Positions 1 to 12,606 of a DNA stretch of 64,000 nucleotides are shown here, one piece after another. The translations under genes were made by a program, and so were the position numbers. Every line of letters starts with the position of its first letter. Positions within the stretch are counted from its first letter, which is position 1. This DNA comes from Octopus sinensis (Eukaryota). The DNA is taken from the NCBI RefSeq assembly GCF_006345805.1, contig NC_043002.1, forward strand, positions 53,010,001 through 53,074,000, given 5' to 3'. Under the pieces are notes generated by a model. The model saw nothing but the letters and a program-made list of their open reading frames with translations, was not told where the DNA came from and ran no database searches.

Positions 1-85
1 CTTCAGACGGGACAAACCTTATACCCTTCAGACGGGACAAACCCTATACCCTTCAGATAGGATAAGCCTATACCCTTCAGGTAGG
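1..85. repeat. 25-bp minisatellite, at least 3.4 copies, cut by the window start
   Basis: Unit CTTCAGACGGGACAAACCTTATACC at 1 and 26, degenerate copies at 51 and 75. Confidence 0.85.
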
Positions 86-669
86 CAAAAATTTATCAAC
101 AAATGTCTAGTATTTTTCAGAGTTTGTAAAACTTCAGCCTTGAATAGCTGATAGTTCTTTACAAAAAATATCTGATACTTGAGTACTATTCACATTTCTG
201 GGATGGAATATTCATTAAACACAATCACACTCAAGATAAAGAAAGAAAGAAAGAGAGAGAGAAGAAACACATCCACATAAGTGGCAAGCTTTGTGATCCA
301 TGATTAAATGTCTTTCTCACTTTCCAGTAGCAGTAGAGCCACAAAAGTTGAGTTAGTACCTTACTCACAGTGCTACATAATAGTAATATATGGGCAGAAA
401 CAAGACAAAATCACAGAAATTCATGAGGGCAGAGCTCGATACTATATCTATTCAGTCATTGTGAATCTCCGGGACCCAATTACTAAAGCATACTAGTAAA
501 TACTAATATGCTATAGAAATTGGATCCTGAAGCATTTAACTTCCAGCATAATTTTTTTCTGTATTTACAATAAGTTAAACTAAAGTAATTTAACTTCACA
601 GAATCATTGCTTCAGAAATTTCAGAAAGATATAATTAATTTCGGCTTTCATATTGCATAATATTATTGA

Positions 670-845
670 GTTAAAATTCCACCGAGGTTGACTTTGCCTT
701 TGAACCTTTCGGGGTCAATAAATCTAGTACCAGTGAAACACTGGGGTCGATATAATCAACTAGTCCCTGCCCACCAAATTTGAGGCCTTGTGCCTCCAGT
801 AGAAAGGATTATTATTATTGTCGTCATCATCATCACTATTATTTC
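670..845 (+). mobile_element. SINE family B, 5'-truncated
   Basis: Body GAGGTTGACTTTGCCTTTGAACCTTTCGGGGTC... and (ATT)n tail match the better copy at 16767-16995. Confidence 0.8.
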
Positions 846-3800
846 TAACTTAGGCACAATGCCAGCAATTCTGAGGGGTTAGTTGATACCATCAACTCCA
901 GTACTAGTTCAGACTTTATATCATCACCCCTGAACTCAGAATAGAAAGAGCCAAAATAAAATTCAGCAAAGCATTTTGTCCAGCAATAACAATTCTGTCT
1001 GCTCATCACTTTTAGCAACAACAACAAAAACAACAAGATAATAATAACAATAATAATAATAATGATAATAAAATGTTGGGCCGATTCATCTCTATAATAA
1101 AGTTTCTATCTTAATTAACAAGGGATTAAATCTCAATAAAGAATAAATGTCAATATGAAACTTTCAACAATAGAATTCGGACAATGCAAGTAAAAGCTTT
1201 ATTTTCAAAGGTAGATGAAGCAACATCAAAGAAAAAATTTAAGAAGCAGCAGATAGATTAGAAATCTGGAATGGTGGAATGGCTAACCGTATTCCTGATT
1301 ACTACAGTACTATATGCTCAGACAATGCTTTCAAGAGTATATGAAGCAATTAGTTGCAAAGTTTGCTTCATGGTTCCATCCTACTGAGTGGCACCTTGAG
1401 GAAGTATCTTTTACAATAGCCTCAGGCCAGCCAATGCCTTCATCATCATCACCATCATCATCATTATTTAATGTTTCTTTTCAATGCCAACAAAGTTGGA
1501 TGGTTTGATAGGATCCAGAGCTGCTTTGAGCTCCAGTATCAGCCTTGGTATGTTCTCTATGGCCGGATGCTCTTCCTAATGCCAACCACCTTACAATGTA
1601 AGTGAAATGTGACTGTTTTAGAGAGTGAGAGTGCCTGTGAGCACATGCATACGCGCGTGTGTGTGTGCATGTGTCTGTGAGTTTGTTTGCTTGCATGCAC
1701 ATGCTTATGTTCCCTTGTATCTTCACACTGACACTGAGTTGAAACTGCACTTCTTTATGTTTCCCATAAACAATATGCCATGTAGCTCAGTGGTTTTAGC
1801 AATGGTCAATGTGTGAAGACCAATGGAATAAAAATACCTTACTTGCAAAACAAATAACGACTGCTTTTAGGATGGGCATCTGCCTGGAGAATACCACTCT
1901 GCTAAGTCATATCCAACCCATGCAAGTATGGAAAAAAAAAACGCAGATACAAAATTATGATGATGATGCTATGAGTGGACACAAGTGAAAACAAATATCG
2001 ACAGACAGTTATATTCTGACTTAAATCCACTCAGTTCATTACTAAAGCAATTCAGCGCACGTGCGCACACATACACACATGCATGTTGGACAATCTTCAC
2101 ACAGGTTACAAATATGATATTTCACTAACAAGGATATAACATTAGGAAAGACATCCAGATATAGAAATCATGCTGAAGCAGACATTTGAGCTTGGCATAG
2201 TCCTCTGGTTTGTCAGCTCCCATCAAACCATATAATCTGTGCCAGCATGTGAAACAGACATTGAATAATACTGATGCTAATGATAATAATGAAGGCCTTG
2301 TTAAAAGCGCTGGTGTTAGTGCCACATAAAAAGCTGACAGTACACTCTGTAAAATGGTTGCATCAGGAAGGACATCTCCCATAGAAACCATGCCGGAACA
2401 GACAATAGAGACTGGTGTGCCCCCACCTCTCGTCTAACCAGCTCCTGTAAACCATCCAGCCTATGCCAGTATGGAACACGGATGTTAAATGATGATGATG
2501 ATGATGATGAAGGCACTATTCAGTATAAGGCTATGATAGAAGAAAACACTAGTCCAAAGTTTCGTTCAGTTGAATAACCAAAACCACATGGTTGTGAAGC
2601 AAACTTCTCAACCACACAGCCATGCTTGCACATACACACACACCAATGAAGGTGGGGTAAATGATAGAGCAAATATCTATTATATCATATTACAGAAGAT
2701 AAAAGTCAAATTAAGTACAAGTGTTGATTTAGTTAACTACACTCGCCATCCAACAAAATTGGCTTTTTAATATCTAGTTGAACAATATCTTTCTTATCTT
2801 TATTCTTATTATCATTATTATTATTACTATCATTACTACTACTAAGTTATTTTTGTTCACTTAAAAAAGGCAATATTTGAAATAATATCTCAGAGAATTA
2901 TTCAAAAATTTACCAAAAATACTGTAGAATAATGTAAAATTAGATAGGTTATTATTTTCCTTCTCTTTTGAGATAAAATATTACATCTATTAATATTATT
3001 ATACTCAGTAAATTTCCTTAACTATTTTTCCAATTTTTTTTTTTTCTAGATCTCATACAATACAGTACTTTAACTCTGAGAAATTTCCTTAAACCTTCAG
3101 AAAAAATAAACCATGCTGCGCTTCTATTATCTGAGCAAATTTTTTCTATTTCATCTTCTAAATTGAATATAAAAACTCAATACCGAAAAGAAAGAAAGAG
3201 AAAAAATAAAAAATACTAATAAGGAAGGAAAAGAAGAGAACAAAATGGGAAAAGAAAAGATAAATAAAAAAGAAAACAGCTCTAAATGTAGCCAGCAGGT
3301 CCAAACATCCAACTTTGCAGCAACTGAACTGCTGTGCAATTATTACTTTGAAATGATAGTTTAGCTTAGTTTCCATAAGTAAACGCCAGAACTGAAAGTA
3401 TCGCTCGCTTTACTCAAGCTTGATGTACGGTATTAAATTGAAAAAAATAAAAGGCAAAAATAATACACGTATAAATACAAAAATGTGGAAGGCATTTGAC
3501 AACGTTTATGCATATTCAATATGTCAACAAGAAAGGCAAAAGTAAAAAAAAAAAAAAAAATAATAATAATAATTGCAACAGAAACAAGAAAAAAAGAAGG
3601 AAAACGAAAGAAAACTAAAAAGAGTAGAAAAATTCTAATGTGAAAGCAGAGCTAATAATCTACTTTAAATGCAACCAATAATATGGAAATGTTGAATTGC
3701 AGTCCTGATAATAGTGGAATCCAATTCTGACCATTAATGCAATGTTACCTTGACCTGGTGTCATATCAATGTTATAGACGAAAAAAAATTGAATCCATAG

Positions 3801-4571
3801 CTAAAATATCATTGTCAATAAAAGTACATTATTTTACATTTCAGCAAGTTTCTTTAACTTATTATACACATACACACACAGCATTAACAAAGAATAATCA
3901 GGCATTCTGTAGTGTGTAATAAGGTAATTCAGTCACCGAGAAAACGGTAGATACGTGCTCTGAGTCTCGTTCGGGGGCCTCTTTCCCTCTTCTGGCTCAA
4001 ATTAATAATTACAATGTCAAATGTCATTAACTCCCTCTCTCTCTATCTCATAATTGCCAATTTATTTCTATATGTACCCTGGCTTTAAAATAGGTATGTC
4101 ATCTTAAAGCATGCCATAAGAAACAATTAAATGATTGGTAACAGGGGAGACAATCAGCTGTAAAATACTACCTCATAAAAAAGAACACTGCTGGACAGAA
4201 GATTCTCATGAGATTGACAGGGTTATCCCTATTCTAGCAGAGGAACAAGCTTTGAAACATCTGTTGTAGCTGTTGCTGTTGAATTTGTATGTGTCAATTC
4301 AGAGATGATCTTTGATTAAATCAAATAGTTTGCAATGTAGGAATGGAAAGCTGTTCAAGGAAGCCTTAGCATATAGCCTACAGAATAGAATTCTCATTTA
4401 GAAGGCTTTTTTGTGTTGATACCTGAAGATTCATAACAGACCAGTATTATTGGAATAATAAAAATGACACAATGTGTTATTTTATATTTCATATATTAAG
4501 GTTTTGGCAATAACCTGTTAGTAAAGTAGTGATGAAACAATAGTAGTATTATGCAATAAAGCTTGTTTGCT

Positions 4572-4806
4572 ATCTTTTACCTTTTACTTGTATTTGTGAA
4601 GAGAGTGTGGCCATGCTGGGACATTGCCCGGAAGAATTTTAGTCAAACAAATTGATCCCAGTACATTTTTTTTAAAGCTTAGTACTTATTTCATTGATCT
4701 CTTTTGTCAAACAGCTAAGTTACAGGGACATAAACACACCAACACCAGTTCTCAGGCAGTAGCGGGGTTCAAACACAGACACAAATACATACCCATACAC
4801 TCAAAT

Positions 4807-4848
<42 letters not shown>

Positions 4849-4935
4849 GGCTTCTTTCAGTTTCTGTTTACCAATTCCTCTCACAAGGCTTTGGGCAGCC
4901 TGAGACTATAGAAGACACTTGCCCAAGGTCCCACA
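4572..4935 (-). mobile_element. SINE family A, degenerate near-full copy
   Basis: Reverse complement of the body and tail of the 58860-59315 copy, with the central (CA)/(TA) microsatellite. Confidence 0.75.
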
Positions 4936-4949
4936 TAGATGCCCAAGAT

Positions 4950-5140
4950 GTTTGTCCCCCACCGCAACTTGACAACCAGTTTTAGTGCGTTTACATCCCC
5001 ATAACTTAGTGGTTTGACAAAAGAGACTGACAGAGTAAGCACGAAGCTTAAAAACTAAAAAGTATTGGAGTCAATTCAATCAACTAAAATTCTTCAAGAT
5101 GGTGCCCCAGCATGGTCGCAGTCAAATGACTGAAACAAGA
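4950..5140 (+). mobile_element. SINE family A 3' half, inverted relative to the adjacent copy
   Basis: CTTGACAACC...GACAAAAGAGAC...CCAGCATGGTCGCAGTCAAATGACTGAAACAAG matches the A tail. Confidence 0.8.
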
Positions 5141-5685
5141 AAAAAAAATTTTAAAGAATTTCCAAACATAATTTTACATAAAAACCTTTTATGTTCTAAA
5201 TACCAGCATTAACCAGAAATAACTGTAGAAATTGATCAATCTACTAAATCCCCCCGAAATTAATAGAAATTCACAAACTGCTTTATTAGAAATGTGGTTA
5301 TAAAAAAAATTAAATGAAGTGAAATAACAACAAACAGCATAACTAAATCCCAATCAAATTTCCAAACACTTACTCACCTGCTATGCACGATTTACTGGTT
5401 AGCAAGCTATTCTATTTGATTTTTAATCAACTTAAAACCCAGAGTCTTCTGTTTCAATTTCTTTTACCATTAACACTAAAAATCTTTCTTCTCAATGGAG
5501 GTGAAATTTTAACTGATTAAAAATTCTTTTTGGCTTGAAGAGAGCCTATAGTTAACAAATAATATCAAATTTACAGCTACTTAGTAAAGAATTCCATCAA
5601 AGATGGGTTTTATACATGACTTCAAAAATGTCTTCAGGTAAATTATGTGTAAGACATTCCAAATGATTAAAGATATGTAGCACAG

Positions 5686-6066
5686 ACATGGCTGTGTGGT
5701 AAGAAGTTTGGTACCCAACCACATGGCAACCACATGGTTCTAGGTTCAGTCCAACTGCATAACTTGAGCAAGTATCTTCTACTTCAGCTTCAGGTTGAAC
5801 AAAGCAGGTAAGTAGATCTGGTAGACAGAAACTGAAAAAAGCTCATCATATATATTTGTGTGATAGTTGTAAATGAATGTCACTATCATGCAAGCGGCAC
5901 CCTTCTCTTCTTAATTTTCTATGAAAACGTGTCTGGTTATGGAGAAATATTACTTTACCAGTAAGTGAGGGTAGATGACAGGAAAAGCATCAGGCCATAA
6001 GAAATTCACCTAAAAAAACTTCTGCCTGACCCATGAAGCATAGAAAAGTGGATGTTAAATGATGAT
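5686..6066 (+). mobile_element. SINE with A head and RTE-type (C) tail
   Basis: Head GGCTGTGTGGTAAGAAG...GGTTCAGTCC; tail ACAGGAAAAGCATCAGGCC...GGATGTTAAATGATGATG. Confidence 0.75.
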
Positions 6067-7384
6067 GAAATGTGATGCTTAATGAAATCACAGCAACCAA
6101 AAGACATTTGATGCCTTGAAAAACAATACTAGTGAAACAGATGTCACTTGAACTACAAACCACTTATTCAACTCTTATTTTTGTGTCTCTACTTAAAAAG
6201 CCTCAGATTCTAAAAAGAAAACTAATAATAGAATAATTCAAGAATTTCTTTTTTTTTCCTAAGCTTTGTCAGGCAACATTTCTAAATGAATAGGTGGTAG
6301 GAACCCTGAACAGGTTTTGAAAGAAAACTGTTACTTCTAATCTAAAATTATTTCATTATATAATCCCAGCTGAAAAACACCTGGTAGCCAGCAGATAACA
6401 TGTTTGGTTAGAGGAGAAGAGAGAAGCATCAACAACAAGAAAAAAAAAAAACGAAAGTTTTGTTGCTATTTCAGCTCCTGATGTTATTTCCAAATAACAT
6501 CTCTCATAAAGCACTTGGAGGAGGTTTACCAATGTAACAGATTCTGAAAGACACATAGCACAATTAAGATACAGGATCTAATGCATAGGTAATTCAATCT
6601 GTTCTTACACTGTCAACAGTTAGAGATTTAAACACCTGAACTGAAGAAGCAAGAGCAGTGATGGATGGGCTACCCTAAAACTTTGACACACAAGATGATA
6701 AGAAAACAATAACTGAAAAATTTTATTAACATTGCCATTTAAAAAAAATAAAATCTGTTTAATAAAAGAAATACTTTTACCTAAAATGCTAACTGAAAAC
6801 TAAAATTTCTTGTTTCAGAATGTTTTAAAATAACAAAAGGAAATCTTAATTGCATACACACACACATTCACATGCATACATAGATATACATACATACAAA
6901 TACATACACATACATACATATATATGTGTGTATATGTGTGTTTATGTAAGTATGTATGTACAAATGTATGTATGTAACCTTCCTTGCATGTGTGCCATTT
7001 CGGAATGAACAAAAACTTTTTTTGTAAAATGCCAATCAACTGTAATTGAAAAAGGAAGTGGATGAGGAAAGCAAGAATTTTTAGTTTGTTATTGCAGTAA
7101 AGATATATTGGAGGAAAATGACATGACTATGGTAAGCATAGTTCTCAAAACAATTTTACTGACCCATCAACTTCTCAGTACAAAGAAAGATGATCTACTA
7201 CCACCATAACTGTTTGTTTATTATTATTACTATTATTATTATTATTATCATCATCATTATCATCATCATTATTATTAAGGTGATGAGCTGCTAGAATCAT
7301 TGGTATGCAAGGCAAAACATTCAGTGGCATTTCATACATCTGAAGGTGGTTTATCAATTCAAAAATCAATATCCACGAAATAAT

Positions 7385-7855
7385 TATATTTTCTGATTTT
7401 TAAATTCTAAAATCTTTCCTGACGACCGTTTTTGTAATCCTGAAAAATATCATAACCATTGATCCAGCTGTCTGGCTGTGAAGTGGAAACAAACAGACGG
7501 ACAAAACACCCATTATAGTAAGATAGCAAATCTGACCATCTATGATGGGAAATAAAGGGATAGTATCGCAAATCTAAACCCTCTAAATTCACAAACTATA
7601 TGGGGTGGGGGATCCAGACTTAATCCTCGTCCCCAAAATTTTAACAAAAAAATCAAAGGTGATTTATCAATACAAAACTCAACATCTACTAAATAACCAT
7701 ATGTTTTCACATTTTTTTGTTTGTTTTTTTTTGCTAAAAACCTACCTGATTACCTCCTTCGTAATCCTGAAAAACATTGTGACCATTGGTCCAGCCATTT
7801 GACCGTGAAGAGGGAACAAACAGACAGACGGATATAATGCCCATTATAGTAAGAT
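7385..7855 (+). mobile_element. Two tandem diverged 3' ends of a DINE-1/Lep1-like non-autonomous Helitron/Helentron
   Basis: Both end ACAAACAGAC(AGAC)GGA...CCCATTATAGTAAGAT (ends 7524 and 7855, period 331 bp). The duplication is seen directly; the family assignment is from recalled similarity. Confidence 0.5.
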
Positions 7856-10617
7856 TCCATGTCAACTTGTATACTGGAAAACACGGTATCAAACTTAAAC
7901 AAGTACTCTCTTTTGAATGAAAATAACAATTTCAATACCAAATTCAATACCACAAGCAATTTTTCTATTTTAACACCAAATATTGAAAACAGTGTTTTCA
8001 TTAACTACCTTAGCTACACAGGGCTTGTAGGCTTTCTTTAAAATGCAAAAATACAGGTTGCTTCATGAGAAGATATTCTATGCGAAGAATTCTTTTTCTT
8101 CCATCCCAAAACTACAACATGCTGCCAGCAGATGTGTTGATGTAGATACTTGTTTAGTTTCAACGCTTAGATTCTATGGTATGTGTGGGAGTTGAAACAA
8201 AGATTAAGAGCTGTGTTGACATATCAAAACTGTTGCTTCTTGTCATTCTTAATGCATTTTATATCAAAATGCAACAACAAAATATTAGTAGAAAAGCAAC
8301 AACAAAAAGAAATCAAACAATAGTTAAGGATTAAACTTTCTCTCTAGTGAGGATAGTATATTCGAATCAGTGAATAAAGTGACGTGAGAGTATGTGAATT
8401 GGATGAGTTCATAGTTTTCAAAAGGAATAAAAGCAACTGAAGAATGCTAGAACAAAATATACAAGGTGAAAGTTCTTTGATTTTATATGAAGTGGTAAAG
8501 GCAACTGAAGAATCTGATGAAGGAAACAAGACAGGTATTATAAACAAGATAATTTTCTGCAACAAACACAATATCATAATCTGCCACAAGAGATTAATGG
8601 CACTCAGAAAAATTAAGCATACGTTTGTTTTGAGAAAACTCAAAGAAGGGTAAAAAATGGAGCATGTACTCAAATTACAAAGTAAATTAAAAACAAAAGA
8701 AAAAGGTGGCATTAAACCATTTTCATATAATTGATTAGTTGAGAAATATCTAAAGAGCTATGGATGTTGAAGTATCCACACATGTGCTAGGATGATGTTA
8801 AATAAAGAAATTCAAACAACTACAATGGAAAATAGAAACTAAATGTACGGATGAGAGGTATAAGTAAATAAGTAATATAAGTCAATAATATTTGTAGCAT
8901 TGCAGCCAGTCAATTGGGCTCCATAGCAAATCAATAATAGCTTTCTCAATGATAGGCTTTCACAGAAAAGCTTATCTCAATCCTCTGGAGTTGCTGATAA
9001 AGGGCCTACTTGGATGTAGAGTTACACACACACACACCAAAAATAAATAAATAAAATAAAGTAAATTAATAAAATATAAAAGTAAATAAATAATGCTATG
9101 CAACTAAAAGAGAAGGGAAAATGCCAACAGGCAAATTACAAAATTAGTATTGATAGAAGAAGAACTGACTTCCTTCTTTAGCCAATTGTCAAAGGAAGAA
9201 ATATTCATAGTAACACCAGAAAAGGAGATAAATAATATAATCTGAGAAGGAGCAATCCATTTTATTATTGCCTTATCCACATCAAGAATAAAAAGTTGGG
9301 TACAATTACGAGCCATGACAAAAACAAAAAAAAATCTTTCCAGATATTTGCTTGGTCAATAAAGGTCAAAAGATTCACCTCAATTATAATCCAAAATAAT
9401 TACAACAGGATTAACAGGTGGAAGTAGCATGCTGACATCGTTAAAGTAAAAAAACCAATATCAACAGCTCCAAGCTTTTTACTAACATTTGTTATAAAAA
9501 AAAACAAAAAAACATCAACGTATAGAATTTAGAATCATTCATTTGGATTCAAATTTGCATTCAATCTTTGTGCACATGGTGAGTTAATATTTACACAAGT
9601 GAATGTAAGCTATAAAGATTTGATGATTACATCAGTTTTCTGATAAATGTGATTTCAATGATATACAGCATCATCAACAACGCCGTTAAGCTGAAGGTCA
9701 TTACACTGTTGCACTAATTGGCCAGTTTTTCTCTTCTCGTGATTTGTAATCAATGTCTATACCTTTGTCAAAACAGGTATATTCATAATCAACATGTGCA
9801 TTGAGGTCATTCCAATAGCTTGAATATATACATCTTTTACCTGCTTCAGCCATTAGACTGCAGCCTTCAAGCACTTTAGTCAAATGGATCGATCACTGCC
9901 CATTCTTTTTTTTAAGCCTGCTAAGTTACAGGGACATAAACATACCAACACTGGTTGCCAAGTGGTAGTGGTGGATGGTGCACGCACACACACACACACG
10001 ACAGGCTTCTTTCAGTTTCTGTTTACCAAATCCACTCACTTCAGTTGACCTAAGGCTGTAGTAAAGACACTTGCCCAAGGTACCACACACTGGTAATTCA
10101 CCATGAAGTTGGAAAGCAAACATCTTACTACACAGCCATACCTGCACCTGATGAATTATATAAATATATATATATATATATACATATGGTTGTGCATACA
10201 TATATATGTATAGAATATATTTAGCTAGATAGATCTCATCAACTTAAAAAAATTTTTAATGCCACATTAATCCAATGTTCTGCATTACAGAATATAAACA
10301 TATGATCTAATCTAGAAGTCAGTTTTAACATACCAATGGGGTGATGGTGGGGGACACACAATCAGGTCATTTTTTTTTGTTCTTTTTATCCACAATGTGG
10401 GTTTGGCAACCAAGTCCAATTACAGGAATCCTTACACTTGTTTCTAATTTCTTAAAATTCAAATCAAGCTCGAAGCAAGTACGATAATTATTCTCTAACA
10501 TCCTCAAATGGTTAAACCAGAACAAGAAATATATAGGGTAGCAGGGTTCTTACCAAAATACTTTTCTCTGAGTTTATTCAAAAATTAATATTCCTCAAAT
10601 TGTAGAGTCAAATGAGT

Positions 10618-11080
10618 CATCATCATCATCATCATCATCGTTTAGTGTCCGCTTTTCATGCTGGCATGGCTTGACATGAAGCTGGTTAGCTGGGAGCTGT
10701 CCAGACCCCAATTGTCTGTTGTGGTATGGCTTCTAGAGCTGGATGCCGTTTCTAATGCCAGCCACTTAACAGAGTCTGCTGAGTGCTTTTCATGTGCCAC
10801 TGGCACAGGTGTGTTTATGCAGCACCAGCACAGGTGCATTCATACAGCACCAACACAGGTGCTTTTATATGGCACGAGCACCTGGAAGGATGAGCCTGTA
10901 TGAGTGGAGGACAATGATTTTACTTAGCCTGACACATCTTATCAAGTACAGTAAATCACCACATCTCCAGGTCCCTTGTCATTTCTGCAGTGAGGCTAAG
11001 TGTCCCAAGATCCTTTCTCACCACTTCCCCTTCCACTGGTACCCTCCAGCACTTCTTTATGCAGCTATCCTCTGTATTTG
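10618..11080 (-). mobile_element. Old 5'-truncated RTE LINE 3' end: decayed ORF end, short tandem subunits and C module
   Basis: 10960-11030 resembles the RTE C-terminal coding stretch at 26700-26770; three GCACAGGTG subunits at ~10800-10875; (CAT)n tail at 10618-10640. Confidence 0.65.
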
Positions 11081-12191
11081 ATGAAAGTCACTGACAATGT
11101 AATTATGAACATATTTAGAACTATTGTAAATATCCTTTTTAAAAATAATGTAAAACAGCAAACATAACAGGATTAAAGAATTCCTCAAAGGGAAATTTCT
11201 ACAAGAATTCCAGAAAATTGGATGCCTTACTCAGGAACAAAACCACAAATTTGTAAACAAAGAAAATATAGTTGTTTGGCATTCATGTCTTTCTTAAAGA
11301 AATTAACAGTGTAAGTGAAGTGAAATGAACTGGCTCCAACCAAAAATTGAAATGCCTTACAGACCCACCTCACTAAAAGGTTATTTCTATACAAACTGAA
11401 GAAAATTAATAATACCAAATATCATTTTGTTTCAAGATAATCACTCTATGTAACTCAGCACCTGAAAGGATAAAAACATTCAAATGCTATTAGCCTAATG
11501 GCCAATAGCATTACTCTTATAATATCTTTAATTCTTCTGAGTATTGAATTTGATTTATTTCTGTTTCTAAGGAACTCCCAATATTACTGCACTTTTACAT
11601 GTATGACTATTTCAAGTAAAAGTAACTTTTCAATTGAATCAATTTCCATTCTTGTGCACTGCTTTTGCTTTGATTTTCATCATCATCATCTTCTTCTTTG
11701 TTTTCATCGACGTGATTTAACTAAACACTAATGCACTAATCAAGAACAATGATACCTAACCTTCAACATATCTCACGTGTTGCACTGCAGGGTAGGCGGT
11801 GGGAGTGGTGGTGATGGTTGGGAAGGTGGGGATGCAGTATAAAATAAAGGAGAAGATCAAAGGAATTATAAATGTTATTTGAAGTGAAATTGTCTGCTAC
11901 TGAGTTTAGATGGCCTACATAAGGATAACTCTTACTGCTTTACTGTGTAATTAGTTAGATTATACTATGCCTTGCAGCTAGAAGAATATTATAATTTCTC
12001 CTAAGAACAGATAAACTGTAGAGTCATACATATACATAAATTATTATTCTGCATTAATTAGTCACAATTGTTCACTACAATGTGTCTTTTGACTTTTGGA
12101 GTGATAAACCATTAGACTACAAATGATTTTCTTTGTGTTTCTCATGATGCCATGAATTTATGAAGGCTTTGCTTTTACTATTATTGCATGA

Positions 12192-12606
12192 GGTATAGGC
12201 ATGGCCATGTGGTTAAGAAATCATTTCCCAACCATAGGATTTCAGATTCCGTGCCACTGTGTGGCACCTTGGGCAAGTGTCTCCTACTACAGCCCCTGAC
12301 TGACCAAAGCCTTGTGAGTGGATTTAGCAGAAAGAACCTGGAAAAGCCTATTGTGTGTGTGTGTGTGTGTGAATGTTCCCTTGTCTTGACATCATGTGAT
12401 GGTTGTAAATGAGTACCACTGTCATATAAGCAATGTTGTTTGTTTCCAGGTTTCCATGCAAACATGTCTGGCCATGGAAAAATATTACCTTTTTTTGGAA
12501 ACAGGTGAGGGTTGGCAACAGGAAGAGCATCCAGCTGTAGAAAAATCTGCCTCAACAAATTCTGTGTGTCCTAGCATGGAAAAGGGGATGTTAAATGATG
12601 ATGATG
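12192..12606 (+). mobile_element. SINE with A head and RTE-type (C) tail, near full length
   Basis: Head, CACCTTGGGCAAGTGTCT core, (GT)n, then GGTTGGCAACAGGAAGAGCATCCAGCTGTAG...GATGTTAAATGATGATGATG. Confidence 0.8.

Noticed and set aside
8040-9320. Purine-rich, coding-looking stretch with short ORFs (also 43140-43400, 55600-56130)
   Set aside because: Possibly decayed transposon coding sequence, but no motif I can name; left unannotated.
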